Shown here: positions 54,868 through 64,000 of the stretch, piece by piece
How the letters are laid out: the number at the start of each line of letters is the position of its first letter
Numbering within the stretch: position 1 is the first letter of the stretch
Origin: the human T2T-CHM13v2.0 reference genome, Homo sapiens
DNA: 64,000 bases
Strand: one strand, 5' to 3'
NCBI RefSeq assembly: GCF_009914755.1
Contig: NC_060939.1
Notes under the pieces: generated by a model
The model's database searches: none
Told to the model about the DNA's origin: nothing
What the model saw: the letters and a program-made list of their open reading frames with translations, nothing else
Position numbers and translations under genes: made by a program

Positions 54868-55340
54868 GTGTATTACTTGTTTTATTAATTGAGAATTTAT
54901 ACTTGCTATGTTTAAATATAAGTTTCTCTTTAAGCTTGATACTCTTTTTTGATTGGAATATATACAAAGCTATGAGATCTGTTATGGTCAGAGGGACAGC
55001 TTTTGTTCTGAATTGCTAATGGTAGAGATCTAAGTAATCCTAAGAATTAATAAGATTTAATTTATATTTGAGATTGAAGGAAAAAAGAGATGAATCAGTA
55101 GCCTTTGAATACCTACCATGTGCCTGATGCCATGTGTCAGGGGCTTTTCTGTTACCTCCGTTCATCCTCACACCCCCACCTGATGGATATCTATTATAAT
55201 CTCCACCAGAGTTCAGTGATTTGCTAAAATCCTTAGTTAGACTTCTACTGTCCCCATTTACCATTTGAAAATAGGATTAGGATGGAAATAATTTGGAAAG
55301 CAGAAAAATCAAGAGCTAATAAACTTTTGCCACTTTCTAG

Positions 55341-55396
55341 ACTTAAATAAGCTGGATGGATTTGGTGATTCTACAAAAAAAGACACTGAGGTTGAG
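55341..55396 (+). CDS. ZWILCH: ZWILCH exon 10
   Basis: tctag|AC...GAG|gtaagt; 56 nt; DLNKLDGFGDSTKKDTEVE. Confidence 0.95.
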
Positions 55397-55459
55397 GTAA
55401 GTGATTATTATCAGTTAGAAATATACACAGAAATAGCTTTTAAAATTCGGTTATGCTGA

Positions 55460-55886
<427 letters not shown>

Positions 55887-56335
55887 AGAACTGATAAATA
55901 TTTTTGAAGAGAACTGGTATATATGTATTATTAGTTGCTCAATTGCAGAGAAGTAGAAATGAATATGTTAATATTACTATAAAATGGCTCTACTATCATA
56001 TATTAATATACTCTAAGATGGTACTGTTAAATTAAACTAGATATATTCTCATCTGACAAATAGGAAAACGGAGACCAAGGTAATTTAATTTTTTTTTTAC
56101 ATGGAGGGAAAGCTGAATGCTCACTTTTAGGCACTATAATTTTAAAACAATATTAAGGGTCTTGTTTTTCACTGTTGATTTGTATCTCCTCATTAGTGAA
56201 TGAAGTTGTAGAAAATTCGTTCATATCTTTGTGTGTGTTCATGAATCCATAATTTCTCAGAGCAGCATTTGAAGGCTTAAATTATTTCACTTAAAAAAAA
56301 AACTGAGTATTCTCTGAAGCTTGCTTCTTTTTCAG

Positions 56336-56441
56336 ACCTTGAAGCATGACACTGCTGCAGTCGATCGTTCCGTCAAGCGTCTTTTCAAAGTTCGGGGTGA
56401 TCTTGATTTTGCTGAGCAACTGTGGTGCAAAATGAGCAGTA
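56336..56441 (+). CDS. ZWILCH: ZWILCH exon 11
   Basis: ttcag|ACC...AGT A|gtaggt; 106 nt; [35 protein letters not shown]. Confidence 0.95.
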
Positions 56442-56978
56442 GTAGGTGTCCATCATGATTTAAATTTTTCCTCTTATTTCTTAGGTTTATTTTTAAGTCT
56501 TTTGGAAATAATACAGTGTGTACCACTAGTTTTGTGGGGAAGTCTGGTTCTTAACTTTATCTAATTCATTTCTAATGACACATTGGTGCATTCTGCTTAA
56601 GAATTGTACTAAGACAAAGTAATTTGTAGAATTATCCTTTTCTCCTGCCTTTTTAAATATAAGACTTAGGTAATTTTCATGATCTATTTATATGAACCAA
56701 AACATATACCTTACTGAAATTATAATTATTGAAAAAGGAAAAGATATTCTTTAGTATTTTACTAAGCATATTATTTTTTGGCAATCTGAATTTGGTTTCT
56801 TTCTTTAGAAATTCATTAAATCTTTTTTTTTTTTTGCCACTTTAATTTCTTTCCCTTTCCCCTGCTTGCAAAGTACAAATTCTTGCTTTCTACTTCATTT
56901 GTGTATCCTTAAGATTAATGATATATTTGATCTGTAGAAATACCCTGAAAATAATGTTACACTGACTTGTTTTCCAAG

Positions 56979-57058
56979 GTGTGATTTCATACCAAGACTT
57001 GGTGAAGTGTTTCACATTGATCATCCAGAGTCTACAACGTGGTGATATACAGCCATGG
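56979..57058 (+). CDS. ZWILCH: ZWILCH exon 12
   Basis: ccaag|GT...TGG|gtaggt; 80 nt; [27 protein letters not shown]. Confidence 0.95.
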
Positions 57059-57837
57059 GTAGGTTTAGTAGTGTGTGTCAGATCATTTTCTCAGCAGCAT
57101 AGCATGATGTAAAGACACAGGCTCTGAAGCCAACTGCCTGAGTCTGAATTTCAGCTCTGCTACTTTCTAGCTGTGTAAAGTTCGGCAGGTTCCTTTACTT
57201 TTCTTGTGCCCCAACATCCTCATCTGTAAAGTAAAGGTAAGAATAGTATCTACCTCGTAGTGTTCCAGGATTGATTAATGTTATCCATGTAATGCACCTA
57301 GTGCCTGGCTCATACTTAAGGGCCCAGTGTGTGTAAACTACTAATATTGTCATTGTTAAGTGTTGCTGTGAATGAGTATTCTCATATACTACTGATGAGA
57401 ATGCAAGTTGAGATATTCTCTAAAAAGCAATTTTGGTAATGTATTGAGATCCTCACAATGTGTCATGGCCTTTGAACCAATAATTCTTTTGTTAAGATGT
57501 ACCCTAAGCTCATACACATAAATATGTATCAAGACTTTATGTATCAGAATAGTCATCTCAGCCTCATTTATATTGGCATAAAAATTTAAAGGACCTAAAT
57601 TTCTCTTGCTAATGGAATGGCTAAGTAAATAATGATATAGCTACATATGGCACATGTAATAGTTGCTGAAAAAATGATGCTGATAAATGATATGGAGAAA
57701 TGCTTACAATATTTGATAAAAAGGAATATACACAATTGTATATGAAGTTAACTTTTGGAGAGAAAAATCTGGAAACAAATATGCTAAAAATCTTAATAGC
57801 AGTCACCTCTGGTGGAAGGGTTACAAATGACTTTTTC

Positions 57838-59590
<1,753 letters not shown>

Positions 59591-59731
59591 TCAAACAATT
59601 TATAGTGTTAGGAGACTAGGAATGCAAGCTTATAATTTTTAGTTTGTAGCTACTGTAATTTGCTTCTCTTTTACTTGTTGGGTTTATTTATATATTTATT
59701 CATGGTTTTATAAAATTTTCCTGATTTCTAG

Positions 59732-59888
59732 CTCCATAGTGGAAGTAACAGTTTACTAAGTAAGCTCATTCATCAGTCTTATCATGGAACCATGGACACA
59801 GTTTCTCTCAGTGGGACTATTCCAGTTCAAATGCTTTTGGAAATTGGTTTGGACAAACTAAAGAAAGATTATATCAGTTTTTTCATAG
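59732..59888 (+). CDS. ZWILCH: ZWILCH exon 13
   Basis: tctag|CTC...ATA G|gtaagt; 157 nt; [26 protein letters not shown]...YISFFI. Confidence 0.96.
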
Positions 59889-60469
59889 GTAAGTATCTTT
59901 CCTGGCTCAAAAAATTAAAAAACACATCACAGTTATCAGTCACAGATATTCTCGGATTTTCTGTTTCTGCTTGTCCCTCATCGTCTGTAGTCCTTCCTGG
60001 CTTTGTACCTGGTTCACTATGAGATGAGCATTTCCCTTCTCTGGGCCTTAGTTTCCCCCCAATAAAGATATCAAATGCATTATATCCATAGTTCTTGATA
60101 ATTTATTTGTTTTTAGTTCAAACATTTGCGGTTCTATAAAGTTAGTATTTTAAATAAAAAAATCCTTTTATGAGATGCTGTTTTAATACCCTACACTTGG
60201 TTGTTTTTAATGAGAGAGAAGCTGTGATCATTTTTAGAATAAATATTAGTATATATTTATGGTATAATATGCCAGGAAACTTGGCCTTTTGTGAGGAACT
60301 ACTTAGCTTGACAATCTCTTTCATATAGGAACTATAAAAAATTTATATAGATTCCTTAATATGTAATTTAAGAATTTAAGAATTTAAATAGAAATTTAAA
60401 TTAATTTCTATTAATATGTAATAGAAAATACCTGAAGTGTTTTTGCATGTATGTGTTTTTTCTTAATAG

Positions 60470-60498
60470 GTCAGGAACTTGCATCTTTGAATCATTTG
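60470..60498 (+). CDS. ZWILCH: ZWILCH exon 14 (29 nt)
   Basis: aatag|GT CAG...TTG|gtgagt; GQELASLNHL; restores frame between exons 13 and 15. Confidence 0.93.
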
Positions 60499-61245
60499 GT
60501 GAGTTTATTTTTTTATTCTAAAATTGGTTTTTCTTTTATTCAGTCATTCTGTGTGCAGTTATTAACTGCCAATAATATGCTAGCCACTGTCTTAGGTCCT
60601 GGGAAATGGATAAATAAGACAGTCAGTGCCCGTAGTTATTACTGCCTAGTAAGATAGACAAAAAAGTAGCCCATTCAATGTCATTTCTCACTCTCTATAA
60701 ATTTGTGATACTTATATATAGTTATATCCTACTGAAGCCAGTGTACTATCACACATCTCATCTATCCAGAATGCTTAGGGAATGCCTTTCTTTGATAGGT
60801 TCTGTAAAGCAATGTTTGTTTTATTTTCTCTTTATCCATTTATATTACACTTGAAAGTTTATTTTCCAAATAATTTATAATCTTTAATGTATACTTTTGG
60901 GTTTCAGGGTCATCGTTATGAACTTTGTTGTATTTTCCTAGCCCATTCAGAAACTTCAGAAAGTTGAATAGTGTCTGTACTGATCTTTGACGTTCATTGA
61001 AAGATCCTTTTGAAAATGAATTTATAGTATCAATTTGTTTATCATTTCTCTCTTATGAAAATACAAGATAGAAAAACTATATCTGTTGTGCAAAATAGAC
61101 TCAACTGGATTCTTCTGAGGTTTAATTTTTACTATTCAAATTTTAAACATTTTATTAAGGGCATATATTTTTAGTGGACACATATTCTAGCAAAAACTAC
61201 ACACACACACACGCGCACACACACACACACAAACATACATACACA

Positions 61246-61897
61246 CAGTTGGTCCTCTATGTCTGTGGGTTCTGCATCCATGGATTCAACCAACTGCAGA
61301 TTGAAAATGTTTAAAAAAAATACGCTGGGCACAGTGGCTCCCTCCTGTAATCCCAACACTTTGGGAGGATCACTTGAGCCCAGGAGTGTGAGATCAGCCT
61401 GGGCAACATAGGGAGACTCCATCTCTACAAAAATAAAAAAATTAGCCAGGCATGGTTGTCTGTGCCTGTGGTCCCAGCTACTTGGGAGGCTGAGGTAGGA
61501 AGCTCACTTGAGCCGGGGAAGTTGAAGCTGCAGTGAGCTGTGATCGTGGGCTACTTTTTTGTCTATCTGCACTCCAGCCTTGGTGACAGAGCAAGACCCT
61601 GTTTCAAAAAAAAGGGATGATTATGTCTGTACTGAATATGTGTGGATTTCTTCTTGTCATTATTCTCTTTTTTTTCTTGTCATTCTCTAAACAGTAAGTG
61701 TAACAACTATTTATGTAGCATTTACATTGTATTAGGCATTACAAGTAATCTAGAGGTGATTTAAAGCATACAGGAGGGTGTGCATAGGTTATATGCAAAT
61801 ACTATACTATTTTATATAAAGGACTTGAGCATCCATGGATTTTGGTATACAAAGGGGATCATGGTACCAATCCTCCATGGATACCAACGGACAACTG
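61246..61897 (-). mobile_element. MER2 (TcMar-Tigger) split by an AluJ (about 61322-61613)
   Basis: cagttggtcc...ggttctgcatccatggattcaacc and ggacttgagcatccatggattttggtat...ggacaactg match MER2 and its TIRs. Confidence 0.8.
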
Positions 61898-61909
61898 TAT
61901 CTGTATATA

Positions 61910-63235
61910 CAGTCATACTTCACTTAATGATGGGGATACATTCTGAGAAATGTGTCATTATTTTTTTAAATGTGTGATTAGGTGATTTCCTTATTGTTCA
62001 AATTTCAGGGAGTGGCGTAAACAAACTTAGATGGTATAACCTACCGCACACCTAGGCTATAAACCTTTACAGTATATTTTTGTACTGAATACTGTAGGTA
62101 ATTGTAACATAATGGTATTTGTGTATCTAAACATAGAAGGGGTACAGTAAAAATAACGTACAAAAGATAAAAACGTGGATACCTGTACAGGGCACTTACC
62201 ATGAATGGAGCTTGCAGGACTGGAAGTTGCTCTGGGTGGGTCAGTGAGTGAGTGGTGAGTGAATGTGAAGGTGTAGAACATTACTGTACACTATTGTAGA
62301 CTATAAACACTGTATACTTAGGCTACACCAAATTTATTTAAAAATTTGTTTCTTCAATAAAAATTTAACCATAACTTACTATAACTTTTTTACATTATAA
62401 ACTTTTAAATTTTTCTAAACTTTTTGGTTTTTTTGTAATAACACTTAAAATACAAACACATTGTACAGCTATACAAAAATATTTTCTCTTTGTATTCTTA
62501 TTCTATGAGCTTTTTTCTATTTTTAACTTTTTTTTTTGTTTGTTTTAAATTTGTTTGTTAAAAACTAAGACGTAGACACACACATTCGCCTAGGTTGGGA
62601 TCATCAGTATCACTGTCTTCCGCCTCCACATCTTGTCGCACTGGAAGCTCTCCAGGGGCAAGAACACACATGGAACTGTTATCACCTATGAGATAACATA
62701 GGTGCCTTCTGGAATACCTCCTGAAGGTCCTGCCTGAGGCTCTTTTTGAGGAATAGTTTTGTTCATACCAATATCACAGCTAACAAGGGAATAATGCATT
62801 GCACTACATTACAGCTACAAAGTCACTACTGGCGAGAGGGATTTTTCAGTTCTATTGTGATCTTATAAGACCACTGTAGGCCGGGCGCGGTGGTTTACGC
62901 CTGTAATCCCAGCACTTGGGGAGGCTGAGACAGACAGATCACTTGAGGTCAGGAGTTTGAGACCAGCCTGGGCAACGTGGTGAATTCCTGTCTCTAATAA
63001 AAATATGAAAATTAGCTGGGTGTGGTGGTGCATGCCTGTAATCCCAGCTACTCAGGAGGCTAAGGCGGGAGAATCACTTGAATCCAGGAGGTGGAGGTTG
63101 CAGTGAGCCAAGATCACGCCACGGCACTCCAGCCTGTGTGGCAGAGTGAGACCCTGTCTCAAAAAAAAAAAAAAAGACCACTGTAATATGTGTGATCCAT
63201 TGTTGACTCAAACACTGTTGTATGGTGCATGACTA
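61910..63235. mobile_element. Tigger3-like DNA transposon split by an Alu (about 62878-63176)
   Basis: TA-CAGTCAT...ATGACTA-TA termini; ggggatacattctgagaaatg; Alu TSD aagaccactgta. Confidence 0.78.
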
Positions 63236-63417
63236 TAATTTAGTTTGAATAATAGTATTGAAAGGTGAGAAATTCTATCTAGCTTCTTCTGGTCTTTTTT
63301 TTTTTTAATGCCTGTTATCAAGCATCCAAATGTAGGTGTAGAAGGCATACCTATATTCTTTACAAAGGTTACACAGGTGCTTTAAATCTCTATTTTGCTT
63401 ATATTTTTTCATTCCAG

Positions 63418-63554
63418 GAATACTTCATTGCTCCATCAGTAGATATACAAGAACAGGTTTATCGTGTCCAAAAACTCCACCATATTCTAGAAATATTAGT
63501 CAGTTGCATGCCTTTCATTAAATCTCAACATGAACTCCTCTTTTCTTTAACACA
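63418..63554 (+). CDS. ZWILCH: ZWILCH exon 15 (gene continues beyond the window)
   Basis: tccag|GAA...CA|gtaagt; 137 nt; [46 protein letters not shown]. Confidence 0.95.
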
Positions 63555-64000
63555 GTAAGTACATCTGTATTCTTCACTTATATAGAAATGTATTTCTTTT
63601 GAAATAGTTACAGCCTAAATATGTACAGTTTTTATTACCAGTTAGGATAGAACCTCTTCATCCTGTCTTTACAGTAGCATGCATGAGTCTAAGTCAGTGC
63701 CATAGGCAGGAAAGGCTTTGGATTCAAAAGGAATCAGATTTGACATTGGCTGCATCACTTCCTAACTTCCTTAGGAAGTTTCCATCACTGAATCCTGTTT
63801 CCTCATCTGTAAAAAGGATCTAATAACCTCATGTATTCGTAAATACTAGTTCCTTCTCTTCTTTATATCCCTGTCAATTTGGGTCAAAATAGCCTTGCCA
63901 GCCATCTAAATGATAACAATGGAATCAAATAGTACTACTAGACCTCTGTCAGTAGCATTGCTGTAATTGTAGAGACTGCTGTAATTTGAGATTCCAATTA

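Noticed and set aside
56393-56401. RGD tripeptide in ZWILCH
   Set aside because: Intracellular kinetochore protein; integrin-binding role implausible

Overview
Human (or great-ape) genomic DNA matching the 15q22.31 gene cluster, dense in Alu repeats. It holds four protein-coding genes. (1) MAP2K1/MEK1, + strand: the last six coding exons (6-11) and the 3'UTR, 9230 to about 19010. (2) SNAPC5, - strand: three coding exons, 98 aa, with the Alu-derived MIR4512 hairpin in intron 1. (3) RPL4, - strand: complete, 10 exons, 427 aa, with a 5'TOP tract. It hosts SNORD18A, 18B, 18C and SNORD16, the last inside a U12-type intron. (4) ZWILCH, + strand: exons 1-15, incomplete at the window end, sharing a bidirectional CpG-rich promoter with RPL4. 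All exon boundaries were read from GT/AG sites and checked for reading-frame continuity. I see no wholly new gene system. The best leads are regulatory: a phase-0 minus-strand acceptor that could give SNAPC5 a 116-codon last exon antisense to the last MAP2K1 coding exon; an in-frame uORF ending in an ATG-TGA start-stop just upstream of the SNAPC5 start; a PTC acceptor, a possible microexon, a uORF and an internal Kozak ATG in ZWILCH; and a TEAD/AP-1/NF-kB/E2F motif cluster, a G-quadruplex and a perfect 20-bp palindrome in MAP2K1 introns. Most ORFs in the supplied track are Alu or low-complexity artefacts. Repeat coordinates and subfamily calls are by eye and approximate.
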